Shown here one piece after another: positions 1 through 11,461 of a stretch of DNA of 64,000 nt. Under the pieces are notes generated by a model that ran no database searches, was not told the origin of the DNA, and saw nothing but the letters and a program-made list of their open reading frames with translations. The position numbers were made by a program, and so were the translations under genes. Source of the stretch: Rebecca billardiae RCC1528 (taxonomy: Eukaryota > Protista > Haptophyta); assembly GCA_965240325.2 (NCBI GenBank), contig OZ251223.1, positions 1,922,001 through 1,986,000 of the forward strand, written 5' to 3'. The stretch's first letter is position 1, and each line of letters opens with the position of its first letter.

Positions 1-422
1 GGCCTCGGCCGGTGACTCGATAGTCGGTGAGGTGACTGATGGTGACAGGTGAGTCAGGCCGCGCCGCGTGGACGCGCGTCGGGACGTGGTGCGTCACTCC
101 GCGCTCCGCAGGCGCTGGCAGCGCCGGGCCTGGCCTTCCGGTGCTGCAGCTGCCGGCCTGCCGGCCGTCACGACACACCACTGCCTTCGTCGGCGTGGCA
201 CATCGGCGGCGTCCCACGACACAAAGTAACAGTGCAGCCCGTCTGGTGCCGTCGGGCGCCAGACGGGTGGCTCCTTGTGCCTCGCAGCCGTGCAGCCGGC
301 AGCGCAGATGTTTTGTACCACTGTGCTTCATCACTCACTTTGTGCTCGCTCAGGCTCTAATGGCGCTGTCCTCCACACGCCAGCGCGTGCCGCCGCCCTC
401 CGACCGCGGAGCGCCGCGCTGC

Positions 423-1437
423 TCAGCACGCGCAGTTCTGCGACCCTGGCTTCTCCTTTTGGTCGTTGAGGTCGATTGTGTCCGGCAGGTAGCTGCGCGC
501 GCGAGCACGCGGCGTGCGCGGTCGGGCGGGCGGGCGGTGCCGGTCCGTCAAGGGAAGCCGCGCCGCGCGGGGCGGGGCGGGCGGGCGGGGCGGGCGGCGC
601 GCACATGTCCTCCTCCTGCTCCTGTTTGAGCGCATTCTTCGCGATCACCTGGAACGCCTGCTCCACGTTGATGTTGTCCTTGGCGCTCGTCTCGAAGAAG
701 GGGATGTTTCCCTTGGCCTGGCACCACGAGAGCGCGCGCTTCTGCGACACCTGCTCGGCAGCGCGCGCGCGCGCGCGGGTGTGTGTGGGCGGGTGCGGCC
801 GGGCGCGGCGGCGAGGTACGAGCAGCGGCGCGGTGTGCGGCGCGGCGGTGCGCCGCGCGCAGTGCGTACGATGCGCGTGTCCATATCGACCTTGTTGCCG
901 AGGACGACGAACGGGAAGTTGTCAGGGTCGCGCGGCCCCGCCTGGATGAGGAACTCGTCGCGCCAGCTGTCAAGGTTCTCGAACGTCTTGGCGACGTTGA
1001 CGTCGAAGACGAGCACACACGAGTCCGCACCCCGGTAGAAGGCCACGCCGAGGCTCTGAAACCTCTCCTGCCCTGCAGTGTCCCAGATCTGCGCGGGCGT
1101 GCGCACCGGGCACGCGCATGCTTTGCCTCAGAGCCGCCCAGCACCGGAGGCGAAGGGGGCGCGGGGGGCGGACCTGCATGGTGACTAGCCTGTCGTCGAT
1201 AGTGACCTCTTTCGTCAGGAAGTCAGCCCCAATCGTCGCCTTGTACTGGTTGCTGAACTTCTTGTTCACGTACCTGCGCGCCCGGGGCGCGGAGGGCGGT
1301 CAGGCCCCAGCGCGCGCGCGCGCGTGGGGCCGGGCTGCGCGCGGGCGGCTTGTCACGCACTGGTTCATCAGGCTCGTCTTGCCGACACCACTGTCACCAA
1401 GGATGATCACCTTCAACAGCACCTTCTTGCCCGGCAT
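423..1437 (-). CDS. RAB7: Rab7 small GTPase, 5 exons (1437-1361, 1273-1174, 1088-870, 750-605, 492-423)
   Basis: Spliced translation [50 protein letters not shown]...[21 protein letters not shown]...GNKVD...ETSAK...NCAC (CXC prenylation end). Four GT..AG introns restore the frame. Confidence 0.97.
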
Positions 1438-1617
1438 CGTGCGGGCGGGTGTCCGCCCGCAAGCAGCGATTCGTCACGAGCGTGCGGGTCCTTGGACCGT
1501 GGAGATACCCCAGCAAGCAAGCGCTGACCAACCGGCGGTGCGGGCGATGGCCGCCAAACGCGCGAGCGGCTCAAGGGCTTGTGCACCGCTTGCAAGAAGG
1601 GTCTGCGTCGCGCACGG

Positions 1618-3432
1618 ATGATCTCGATCGACGAGGCCGTCGACATCGCCCTCGCGCACGCCGCGCGGCTGGAGCCGGTGCGGCTGCGGCTCGACGAGGC
1701 GCTCGACTGCGTGATAGCCGAGGACGTGCGCGCGGCGCAGCCGCATCCCCCCTTCCGAGCCTCCATCAAGGACGGGTACGCGGTGCGCGCGGGTGACGTG
1801 CTGAGCGCCGGGACCGAGCTCGACGTGGTCGGCGACAGCCGCGCGGGTTGCCGCGAGCCGCCGCGAATCGAGGCGGGCCAGGCGTGTTACGTGACCACGG
1901 GCGCGCCTGTCCCCGCCGGCGCCGACGCCGTCGTCGAGGTCGAGCGCACGACGCTCACCGGGGCTGACGGCGGCCGGCGCGTTTGCATCCAGCGCGTGCC
2001 GCGCGCGGGCCAGGACATCCGCCCGGTGGGCCACGACATCCCGCGGGAAGCCGTGGTGATCGAGGCGAACTCGCGGCTCGGCCCAGCCGAGCTCGGCATC
2101 CTCGCGACCGTCGGCGCCTCGGAGATCTCGGTCTACCCCAAGCCCCGCGTCGCCGTGCTCTCGACGGGCGATGAGATTGTCGACCACTCGACGCCAGCCG
2201 CGCAGGTGCCGGCCGGCAGCGTGCGCGACGCCGTGCGCCCGATGATCATCGCCGCGGTGTCGGACGGTCGGTACGCGCGCGCCGTCACGGACCTCGGCAT
2301 CGTCCCCGATGACGCGGACGCGCTGCGCGGCGCGATCTCGCGCGCGCTCGAGTCGGAGGCCGACCTCTTGCTCACCTCAGGCGGCGTGTCCGCGGGCGAC
2401 CGCGACTTGCTGGGCGCGCACGTGCTCGGCGAGTTCGGCGAGGTGCTGTTCACGCGCGTGAAGATGAAGCCGGGCAAGCCGCTCACGTGCACGCACGTGC
2501 CTCGGCCCGGCGGCCGCGGCGCCATGCTGATCTTCAGCCTGCCGGGCAACCCTGTCAGCTCGTTTGCCACGTTCAGCCTGGTGGTCGCGCCGTGCCTGCG
2601 CCAGCTCGCAGGCGTGCGCCCCGCGCGCGTGCGCACGCTCGGCGTCGAGCTGGCGGCGCCCGTCGCGCTCGACCCCGAGCGCCCCGAGTACCACCGCGCG
2701 TGGCTCTCCGAGTCGGCCGCGACCGACTCGGCCAGCGCGCGCTGGCTCGCGCACAGCACGGGCGCAGCGCAGCAGAGCTCCAACATGCTGAGCTGCCGGC
2801 ACGCGGACGTGCTGCTGCAGCTGCCGCAGGGGCCGGGCACGCTCGCGGAGGGCGCAGCCGTGCGCGCGGTGCTCGTGCGCGATCTGCGCGCCTCGTCGGC
2901 CCCCGCGCTCCAGCGCGAGCCCCTCGAGCTGCGCGTGCTCTGCGCCCCAGCCTCGCGCCACCCGGCCGCGTCGGCCGCGCAGCCTCCGCACGGGCACGTG
3001 GACTCGTGCGCGCGCGCGGCACGCGGCGCGCTCGAGCGTGCTGGCTGGCTGGTCCGCGTGCAGACGCACACCGAGCCCGTGCCCGAGCCGTTGGGCGAGG
3101 CCGCTCTGGCGCGCGCGCCCTGGTCCGACGTGCTCGGCAGCCATCGCCCAGCCCTCGTGCTCGTGCTCGCGTGGCCGTGTGTGCACATTGCCGACAACAC
3201 ACTGGGCGGGCTCTCGGCCGCGCTCGGCGAGCGCGCTCTTTGCGTCCCGGCGCTCGGCGCCGCGCTGCGACGAGCCGCGATGGGGGACGGCGAGCTGGCC
3301 GCCATCTCGGCTCAGGACGCGACCGTCGTCGATCGGCGCACCGTCGTCCTCCTTCTCGACGCTTCGGCGCAGACGGTGGGCGCGAGCCTCGCGGCAGCCG
3401 CTCCCGTCCTGGGCGCGTTCCTCGGGGGCTGA
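1618..3432 (+). CDS. CNX1: Molybdopterin molybdenumtransferase (MoeA/E domain) fused to a degenerate C-terminal MogA/G-like domain; CNX1/gephyrin family
   Basis: MoeA motifs PPFRASIKDGYAV, TGAPVPAGADAVV, STGDE, TSGGVSAG, MKPGKP, LPGNPVS, RPEYHR. E-then-G order as in plant CNX1. Start ATG is the first in-frame Met. Confidence 0.9.
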   Translation: MISIDEAVDIALAHAARLEPVRLRLDEALDCVIAEDVRAAQPHPPFRASIKDGYAVRAGDVLSAGTELDVVGDSRAGCREPPRIEAGQACYVTTGAPVPAGADAVVEVERTTLTGADGGRRVCIQRVPRAGQDIRPVGHDIPREAVVIEANSRLGPAELGILATVGASEISVYPKPRVAVLSTGDEIVDHSTPAAQVPAGSVRDAVRPMIIAAVSDGRYARAVTDLGIVPDDADALRGAISRALESEADLLLTSGGVSAGDRDLLGAHVLGEFGEVLFTRVKMKPGKPLTCTHVPRPGGRGAMLIFSLPGNPVSSFATFSLVVAPCLRQLAGVRPARVRTLGVELAAPVALDPERPEYHRAWLSESAATDSASARWLAHSTGAAQQSSNMLSCRHADVLLQLPQGPGTLAEGAAVRAVLVRDLRASSAPALQREPLELRVLCAPASRHPAASAAQPPHGHVDSCARAARGALERAGWLVRVQTHTEPVPEPLGEAALARAPWSDVLGSHRPALVLVLAWPCVHIADNTLGGLSAALGERALCVPALGAALRRAAMGDGELAAISAQDATVVDRRTVVLLLDASAQTVGASLAAAAPVLGAFLGG

Positions 3433-3684
3433 CCCAGTGCAGGCTCCTGTGTCAAAGCAGCCTCCGACGCCTGCTGACGATACTGTGACGCCCACTGTCG
3501 CGCCACACGAGTACGGCGACTGACGCGCTGCTCAGTTGATGACTTTGACTGTGAGTCTGAGTTGGACGGCCTCGGACCCGTGAGGCCCGCCGATGAGTCC
3601 TCACGAGAGGACAGAGGTCTCGTGCAGTCCAGAGTCCTTCCTCAGTCCCGGCGTCCAGACTCAACCGGACCCTTTTCGCTTACT

Positions 3685-3761
3685 GCGTCTGAGATTCTGA
3701 GGTCATGGGTTCAAAACCAGTTTCCAGGTCTCTCCTCGGAGAGCGTGCGATGAAGGATGGC
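3685..3761 (+). repeat. Partial copy of a tRNA-related SINE-like repeat
   Basis: Near-identical to 32067-32136; contains the B-box-like GGTTCAAAACC. Confidence 0.6.
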
Positions 3762-5129
3762 CTGTCCACCATGCACTTCGTGCCCGACCGCCCCGACGCA
3801 GCGGTCTTCGGCCTCCTCCGGCGCGCGCTTCTTTGTGCCGCCGCGCTGCTGCCCATCGTTTGGAGCCGGCCCCATCTGCTCGAAGCCAGACGAGGAGGCG
3901 GGCCGTCAGGCCGCGAGTTCGTCCGCAAGTACGAAGCCCTGTGGGGCACGCGGTGGCCGTACGCGCCATTTGCGCCAGGATGTGCGAGCCCGTGCTGGCG
4001 AGCAGACGAGTCGACTCAGTGGGGTGGGCCAGGCGAAGCGAGTCCACGCTTTCGCTGCCTTCCGCTGGTCTACGTCTGCGGCGTGCGCAAGTGCGGGACC
4101 TCGTCCATCGTGGACGCCCTCGTCACTTCCTGGTCGCAAGCGATGCTGCTGCTCGAGGCTCGGTCGAACGTGACTGCTGCCGGACGCAGTCACGCTGTGA
4201 CTGCTGCCCCTCTTAGCCGGGGCGCAGACGGGTGCACGGGCGGCCCAGTGAAGGAGACTCACTTTATGAACGTCATGGCATCCTGCCTGCAGCGGGGCGA
4301 CCGTGAATGCAGCCGGCTGGACGCCCGTTTCCAATGTGAACCGCACATCAACATCAACGAGTCGTACGCTGGGCTGTTGTCGAACGCCGACCCTCTCCGT
4401 CGCACCTCTCGCTTCTTCGTCTCCAAAAGCTGCCACGCGCACTTTGTGGACGGGTCGCCCTCGGCGTGTTATAAGCCCGACATCCTCAGCGCACTCGTGG
4501 CGCTCACTCCGCGCGCTCGGCTGATCATAAGCCTCCGCCACCCGCCCGCGCGGCTGTGGTCAGACTACCTCTTCTCGCACAAGGTATCATGCGGCATGAA
4601 ACGTACATCAAAGCTGCAACGCGCCGGCTTCGAGCTGGACTGCGCCGATCGGCTCGACGCGCAGAGACAGCGCTTCCACCGATCGATCCGGATTGGCATG
4701 CGCCCCCCCAACGATCTCACTTCCCTCGAGATGTTCAGCGCGGGCATTTATCATATCGTGCTGCGCAAGCTGCGCACAGCTGTGCTCGTCGTCCGCCTTG
4801 AAGACTGGCAGCTCGACCCGGCACACTTCGCCGCCTCGATTATCGCCTACGTCGGCCATGACGACGATGCGGAGTGGGCCGAGAAGATGCGTACCACGGC
4901 GGAACTTGTGCGCATAGGCAAGCTGGGTGCAGGAGTTTCGAGAGTGGTCAGCACGACTCACGGCAAACGCAACACCAGCACGGGCGCATCCAAGAGCACC
5001 GCAATGTTACCCGCCACGGCATGTCTCTTGGAGCAGGCCTATGCGCCGCACAACGTGCAGCTTGCTGGCCTCCTCGACGACGACGACGCCTACTTGTGGC
5101 GAGACGTGGCTCCTCAAGACTGCACTTGA
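3750..5129 (+). CDS. Sulfotransferase (heparan-sulfate O-sulfotransferase-like), probable type II membrane protein
   Basis: 5'-PSB loop CGVRKCGTSS, KETHF, 3'-PB motif SLRHPPARLWSDY, N-terminal hydrophobic anchor. Intronless; start uncertain (3705/3750/3771). Confidence 0.8.
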   Translation: MKDGLSTMHFVPDRPDAAVFGLLRRALLCAAALLPIVWSRPHLLEARRGGGPSGREFVRKYEALWGTRWPYAPFAPGCASPCWRADESTQWGGPGEASPRFRCLPLVYVCGVRKCGTSSIVDALVTSWSQAMLLLEARSNVTAAGRSHAVTAAPLSRGADGCTGGPVKETHFMNVMASCLQRGDRECSRLDARFQCEPHININESYAGLLSNADPLRRTSRFFVSKSCHAHFVDGSPSACYKPDILSALVALTPRARLIISLRHPPARLWSDYLFSHKVSCGMKRTSKLQRAGFELDCADRLDAQRQRFHRSIRIGMRPPNDLTSLEMFSAGIYHIVLRKLRTAVLVVRLEDWQLDPAHFAASIIAYVGHDDDAEWAEKMRTTAELVRIGKLGAGVSRVVSTTHGKRNTSTGASKSTAMLPATACLLEQAYAPHNVQLAGLLDDDDAYLWRDVAPQDCT

Positions 5130-5135
5130 CGATTA

Positions 5136-5189
5136 CACAGGTAGTTCCCTGGGCCGCGCGCGACGCGGCGGCCCAGGGAACTACCTGTG
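5136..5189. repeat. Perfect 22-bp inverted repeat (hairpin / mini-MITE)
   Basis: CACAGGTAGTTCCCTGGGCCGC (5136-5157) and its exact reverse complement (5168-5189). Followed by a tandem pair of 24-bp CGTAAGGGGGCCGGCGGTCCACTG (5190-5241). Confidence 0.9.
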
Positions 5190-5961
5190 CGTAAGGGGGC
5201 CGGCGGTCCACTGCGTACGTAAGGGGGCCGGCGGTCCACTGCTGACACTCGTTCCGTCACGACAGCTTCTAGGAAGCCAGTCGTGGGCATAGCGCGCCCG
5301 TCTCTGCCCGCGCGGCATGTGGGACATGATGTCAGGCTGCCGGATGTGACTGCTGGCTTCGGGACCACTGACCAGGCTGCGGGAGCACGTCGCTGATGCA
5401 TTCCAGAAGACTTCTCAGGGGAGCCAGACGATGACGGACGAGTAGTGTCATAGCCATATAGGCTATACTTCTAATGCTGCTGCACTGCTTGCTTGAGAAG
5501 GGCCACTCGTCGTGATATCAGTCGAGTCGTCAATAAGTGATAATGACGCCAGAATCGTCGCGCCACGGCCGCCACGTGCCGGCACCGTTAGAAGGCAGAT
5601 GAACAACTCGCGCGTAGTCCCGCTGAGAGCGAATGTACGGTATGGCTGCGGCTGCAACGCGCAGTCGTCTGACGCAGTCATCACTCGACGGATGCCTGGC
5701 TGCTTGACCGACGAGACGAGCCACAGGCTTAGATCTGCGAGCGGCGAGTCCGCGACGATGGCGAGGTGGCATATGCTAAGGGCGACGCCGTGCTCCCCTC
5801 TCAGTCACCCGTGCTCGCAGTCGCCCTCGTGCACGGCGACGCGCCGGGCGCGCACGCAACGTGATTCGGTGAAGAACGCGACAACTAGATACCAGGGCCG
5901 TGCGCCCTCAACTTCGTTGTTTTATACTACCCGAAGATCGGCATAGCCGATCATTATATTA

Positions 5962-7698
5962 TGACCGCGTTCCGCGGTCCTTTTCCGTAGAACGAACGTA
6001 GTTCAGGGCCCGCGGTGGCGGTGCACCCTCCGTCGCAGTCGTCCATTGACAGACCCGGAGTTGCATGCCCGTACAACTAGACTCTCCACCAGCGGCGCGC
6101 CGCCGCCCGCCGCGCCGCGGGCGGGCCCATCGCACTTCGCAGCCGCCGGCGCAGCGCCGATTGTGTACAGGCGGATGCGACGAGGCGTGATCGACGCATG
6201 AGCGCGACTCCACGTGCACGCCAGGCCACGCGAAGCTGACAGCCAGGGAGCACGGTGCGGGGCCGCGGATTCGTTCGGGCCGCCGTGCTGCTGACTGTGA
6301 CCGCTGTCCCGGGTCACCGCGCACCGGCAGCGCCAGGATAGTTAGATGATTTGCACTGGTCCGAGTAGGGTTCGACCAGCGCCTGCGCGACGGCCGACAG
6401 GCGGGCGCGAGGCGTGATCGACGCATGAGCGCAACTCTACGAGCACGCCAGGCCACGCGGAGCTGACAGCCCGAGGGACGGCACGCAGTGCCGAGGTTCG
6501 AGGGCACCGCAGTCACAGATCGTTCGCGCACGCCGCGCGTGCACGGGCGGACACACCTCGATCAGGCTCGGCACGCGTTGCAGAGGCACAGCCAGCTCTG
6601 GGGACGGCACGCACCACCGTCGCCCGCGCAGCTCGTCCTCCTCGTAGAGTACCGTTCAGTTCCGAGGCGTAGCCCTCGCTCAGAGTCGACCGTCGACGAT
6701 GGACTCGGATCGTCGGCGCTCCCCGGAAAGGCATGGCAAGGGCGGCGCGTGGTGAAGTCGAAGACTCAGAGATCGATCAGTCCGGCATCAGGCGCCGCTG
6801 CCCCCGAGCTTGCGAGAGCCCGAATACAGGGCGGCTGCCGCGGCGCGGCCGGGGCGCCCCGGGCGACGCGCGCGGCCGCGCGCAGGCATCGACACGGGGC
6901 GGCGGGGGCGCGCGGAGTGAGCGGGGGCACGAACGCGATGTCGACGGCAGTCGGGACCCGCCACAGCCGCGCGCTCCAGGCACAACTCGCCGCGCGCACC
7001 TGCCCATCGCCGTACTCACCCGTCGGTCGCTCGTGCGGCTCGCGACCCTCTCGCGGAGAGTGCGCAGCAACCAAGGTTTGGCTTTGAGCTCTCTGATCAA
7101 GAGTGCCTTGCGTGCCGGGTAGCTCTCTGATCAGTAGGTTACGACGCGGTGGATTCATTCTCCTGATGGCTCATTGATGAATACCATTTGTCGTCACGAA
7201 GCGGTGGATTCGTTCTCCTGATGGCTCCTTGATGAATACCATTTGTCAGATGGCGACGATCAGGTAACGAGTGGTAAAGAGTCCGGTCATACGCGACCCG
7301 CTTCCTCTGCAATCCCAGCTTTCGGCATACGCGGGTACTACGATACATTATGGCCCGCGGTGAAGATAAATACGATGAGAGTCGTTGCGGCGGCGAGGCC
7401 ATATTTATTTATTACTATGGTCGTCACACATGAACGAGAGGCTACCCACAATTACCCAGCCTGGCACACTTGGGCGTGGGTTTCGTTGATTCCTCTGTTC
7501 ACTATTCAAGACGGCGGCCGCGTCCTTTTTCGACGCTAATGCACCTGTAAGGGAGTCTCAAAATCGAAACTCGGTCTCCTCCAGCCCTAAAAAATCGCCC
7601 CCCGTCCCTTTTTTCTTGATCAAAGATCTTTTTGAAACGTGGTTCGGGCCCGCTGGTGCGGGCTCCACGCTGCGCGCTCCGCCCTGCACCGCGGGCCA
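5962..7698 (-). mobile_element. Non-autonomous Helitron2/Helentron-like element, copy 1
   Basis: Shares both termini with 11462-13186 and 56286-57675: TGGCCCGCGGTGCA at one end, and a subterminal inverted copy plus terminal hairpin GACCGCG-GAA-CGCGGTC at the other. Confidence 0.7.
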
Positions 7699-8223
7699 TT
7701 ATTATTTCTATCTAATCCGCGCCGCCGCGCACGCCGCGCGCGCCGCCAGCGCCTGTCTAGTGTCTGCGCCACGGGCACGGCACCAGTCCGAAGTGCCAAG
7801 TTTTAAGTTATTACGATTATTATTCGTGTGACGACCCGGACGGACCCGGACAGCCAAGTCACATATATCGACCGCGCCGACTGCCGACCGTCAGCGACCG
7901 TGCCCGTGATCGTGAGTCAGTCGGACCGTGATTATTACATCGCGCAGTATGTTGAGTATGTATGTAGTGCATCATATGCGCTAATAAATGCTGCTTCGGA
8001 TGCTATGATGATTGCTGTCGCCGTCGATTACTTGCTGATGACTGATGATGATGATTGATGATTGCTGATGATCGTCATCAGCTGATTGTATCAGCAGCAG
8101 CAATTATAATATTAACAGCGTCGCAGCAGGCGATAAGTAGCAGCGTCGTAATGAGCGGCGCTTGGCGGCCGAGTAGCGTACTGAGTAGTAGCGTAGCACT
8201 AGCAGTATAGCAGCGTAGTATAT

Positions 8224-8225
<2 letters not shown>

Positions 8226-8278
<53 letters not shown>
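8226..8278. repeat. (CA)n microsatellite
   Basis: Direct reading. Confidence 0.98.
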
Positions 8279-8281
<3 letters not shown>

Positions 8282-8492
8282 GCACGACATTAATTATTAG
8301 GACTCGATCTTGAGTAATGAGTTGGTCCGAGTATATAATCGGCGGAGAAATGAGCCGCTGCGCCTGCGGCCCGCTGCCTACTCAGTCTGTCTCAGACGAC
8401 ACGACGACGAGTCTGCATGAATAACGCGGCGGCTCGACGCTACCCCCGCATAACCTCGCTCTGTGTCAGAAGGTGCAGCATCATGTCGTGTG

Positions 8493-9548
8493 TCACGTTC
8501 CCGGACTGTCACCGGCGGCCGCCGGCGCCGTGCCCGTGAACAAAAAGCGCTGGTATGGCCACAGCGCGCGCGGCAGGAAGGGCAGCAGCGGCACGGCCGC
8601 TCCCAGAGCACATGCGACGCGGTCAGAGCGGCACTCCGCCAGGTCCACGTGCCCAAACCCCGCGTCGAGGAGCGACTTATGGAGCCATTCGGCGTTGGTC
8701 GTGTGGAGGACGAACTCGTCGGCGCCGACGCGCATGACCGTCCGAGCCTGCGCAAAGCTGAAGCCATCTCCCACACACACGCTGCCCGGTGCGGCCGCCG
8801 AGGCAACGGCGCGGAGGAGCCCTCGCTGCGCGGCGGGGTCAAGGTAGTAGAGGAGGCCTTCCAGGACGAACACGGTGGGCTTCGAGGGGCGGAACCCGGC
8901 CTGGGCGGCGAGCGCAGGCCACTCTGCCACGCGATCGTACTCCACGGGAACGACTCGCCTGGTGCACGCTGGGCACGCGCGCTCTCGTGCGAGCACGGCC
9001 TCCTTGTACGCGAAGAGGTCCGGGTGGTCCACCTCAAAGGCTGTCACATCCGGCGCGTCTGCAAAGAGGCGGAAGGGCCGCGTGTCGAGGCCCGCGCCCA
9101 CCGTCACCACCTGCCGCACCCCCTGTGCGACCGCGCGCTCGCACACGCGATCAATATACGCGGTGCGCCGGATGTGGTCCTGGTGGACGCGCGACAGCTC
9201 GCCACCCCCACGGAGCAGCCGCCAGGCGAAGTTGGAGGCCGCTTGGATGGAAGTGACCGGGCTCCCGCGTGCCGCGCCGGCCCCTACGGCGGCGAGGGCG
9301 GCGACAACCCCCTGGACACCGACGGCTGCCGAGAAGGCCGGGCCGGAGAAGTGCCGCTTGAACATGGCGTGGACACGGCGGCCGCCGGGGCCAGTGAGCG
9401 CCTCGGCGAGCGGGTCCTGGATCAGGGCATCGGCACCGCGCGCAGTCTCGTCGGCGCGCATGGCCGAGATCCAGAACGCCGTCACCGCAATGCTCGCGCG
9501 CGATGCATCGAGGTCTGCCGGCTGGACGTGGGAGCCGTCAGACGCCAT
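8493..9548 (-). CDS. SAM-dependent methyltransferase, leucine carboxyl methyltransferase (LCM) family
   Basis: TAFWISAMRADE, QDPLAEAL, RTAYID, QVVTVGAGLDTRPFRL, FEVDHP, LEGLLYYL. Intronless 351-aa ORF. Confidence 0.88.
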   Translation of the reverse strand: MASDGSHVQPADLDASRASIAVTAFWISAMRADETARGADALIQDPLAEALTGPGGRRVHAMFKRHFSGPAFSAAVGVQGVVAALAAVGAGAARGSPVTSIQAASNFAWRLLRGGGELSRVHQDHIRRTAYIDRVCERAVAQGVRQVVTVGAGLDTRPFRLFADAPDVTAFEVDHPDLFAYKEAVLARERACPACTRRVVPVEYDRVAEWPALAAQAGFRPSKPTVFVLEGLLYYLDPAAQRGLLRAVASAAAPGSVCVGDGFSFAQARTVMRVGADEFVLHTTNAEWLHKSLLDAGFGHVDLAECRSDRVACALGAAVPLLPFLPRALWPYQRFLFTGTAPAAAGDSPGT

Positions 9549-9583
9549 CGCACCGCGTACGCACGTTAAAACAAATAAACTGT

Positions 9584-10260
9584 AATCTCGCCTGCCTGAG
9601 CTGTGTGCGTCTCTTATTCTTAGTAAACTGTGGAGTCGATCTCGCCTGCCTGAGCTGTGTGCGTCTCTTATAATTCTTAGTACAGTTTACTAAGAAGAAG
9701 AGACGCACACAGCTCAGGCAGGCGAGATTGACGCCCGCCAACTGTCACCGCCCATGAAGCCGTCGCCGATGGTAGCGCCGCCGGAAAAAATCGTTCAGCC
9801 GTCCGCCTGCGAGGCCTGGATGAGGGCTGCGGCCGCCTCGCGGCGCGCCAGCGCCCGTCGTCCTCGCCCCACCGTCGTCCACAAAACGTCGTCGTCCGAA
9901 CTCGCCGACTGGGCGCCGATGCGACAGCGCGCCGACAGGATGAGGATGTCACAGTAGGGAATGTAGAGCCCCAATGTCGGTTGGGGAAGGTGTGTATCAA
10001 GCGGCATGACTGGGGTAGCTTATCACACAGAAGTGAGAAGGCCTGGCCCTCAGGTGATATGTGCCCCAGTGTGGCGTGTCGGCCTCAAAGCCGGCGGCAG
10101 GGTTCTGACTTCGGAGCAGGGTTTGCTGGCGCATCAGCTGCGTGGGCCGGGGCGTCCGGCTGTTTGCGTTTGCGGGCCGGGGCCGGCACTGATGCCACCC
10201 CGCCGCGCATGCTGGCCTGCATGTACGGCTGCTGCCCAAGGTCAGCCCCGGCATAAACTG
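9584..10260. mobile_element. Nest of Tc1/mariner-like TIR fragments plus a partial element
   Basis: Two reverse TIR pieces (9584-9631, 9639-9682) abut a forward TA|CAGTTTACTAAGAA.. end at 9683. 9683-9900 is homologous to 45100-45352. Confidence 0.65.
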
Positions 10261-10316
10261 TAATCACGCCTTTACCAAGTGTGCACGTGAAAACATACAG
10301 TCAAGGGCCCTTGATA

Positions 10317-10662
10317 CAGTTTACTAAGAATAAGAGACGCACACAGCTCAGGCAGGCGAGACTGACGCCCACCAACTGTCACCGCCCATGAAGCCGTCGC
10401 CGATGGTAGCGCCGCCGGAAGATTCGTTCAGCCAAGGACATCCTTGGTTCAGCCGTCCGCCTGCGAGGCCTGGATGAGTAGCAGCGCTATGTTTTTAACG
10501 TGCGCACACTTTCAACTTGGTAAAGGCGTGATTGATACAGTTTACTATTAAAAGTTTACAGCAGTGAACTGATGTGGCGACGCGCCTTCATGGGCGGTGA
10601 CAGTTGGCGGGCGTCAATCTCGCCTACCTGAGCTGTGTGCGTCTCTTATTCTTAGTAGACTG
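10317..10662. mobile_element. MITE with ~75-bp TIRs, TA target-site duplication (Tc1/mariner-like)
   Basis: TA|CAGTTTACTAAGAATAAGAGACGCACACAGCTCAGG... and ...CCTGAGCTGTGTGCGTCTCTTATTCTTAGTAGACTG|TA. Confidence 0.75.
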
Positions 10663-11461
10663 TATTCCCAGCAGTATTCTTGGCCGGAGTCACCGGAGTA
10701 CTGTACCGGCTGGCTGGCGGCTGCATTCCCTCGCCGTGTTGACGACGGTGGCAGCAGTGATCGTGCAGGACACGCGCGCAGCCTGGGCGATGGTTCCAAA
10801 CCCTGCCTACCGAGTACCGTCGTCACATGAGGCGTGCACGACGGAGAGCGCCTCGCTGTGGAAGATCATGACCGCTACGTGCGCTTACGTCACTGGCTGG
10901 TGCTTGGTAGGGAACATTATTCTGAGCATCCAATATAACCACCATATCGATCGCGCGACGAGCTCGCTCGGTTACACTGGCTGGACGCCGTGCCTGGACG
11001 CGATTGGCATCAACAAGCTGCCGATGCTACACTTCGCCCGAGCATTCGGCATCCCGGCGCCGCGAGGGCGCGAGTCTCACCTAGCATACATGCATAGTAC
11101 CTGTGCACGCAAGATCCGTGCGCGAGCTGATGCTTGTTTGTCATCCAATTCACCATGTAATATATATATTAACGACTAGACTACAAGTTAAGTAGTAGTA
11201 CATAGTCTACTACTAGTCTTACTCAGACGGGTAACTGACTTTCACATTCGGTCATTCAATTCGTCGCGGCATTCCGCGCCCGGACAGCATTTATAATCAT
11301 CACTACGACTATCTCTACTATTATTGTAATTTAAAAGCTGCGCCTTTTCACTATAAATCACGCGGTGGCAAGTAGGCCAAGTAGTGCGGTTACTATTATT
11401 TATAACTTCTTCAGCTTAGCTTTATAATTATATATATAATTATTTTAAATGTATATAATTA

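Noticed and set aside
3568-3632. Hammerhead-ribozyme-like pattern (hairpin, CCGATGA, GTCCTC-ACGA-GAGGAC)
   Set aside because: The core lacks CUGA and GAAA, and no stem III or cleavage triplet can be formed. At best a relic.
10680-11179. 191-aa ORF as a gene
   Set aside because: It starts inside a MITE TIR at a non-ATG codon and has no recognisable domain. Possibly a decayed fragment.
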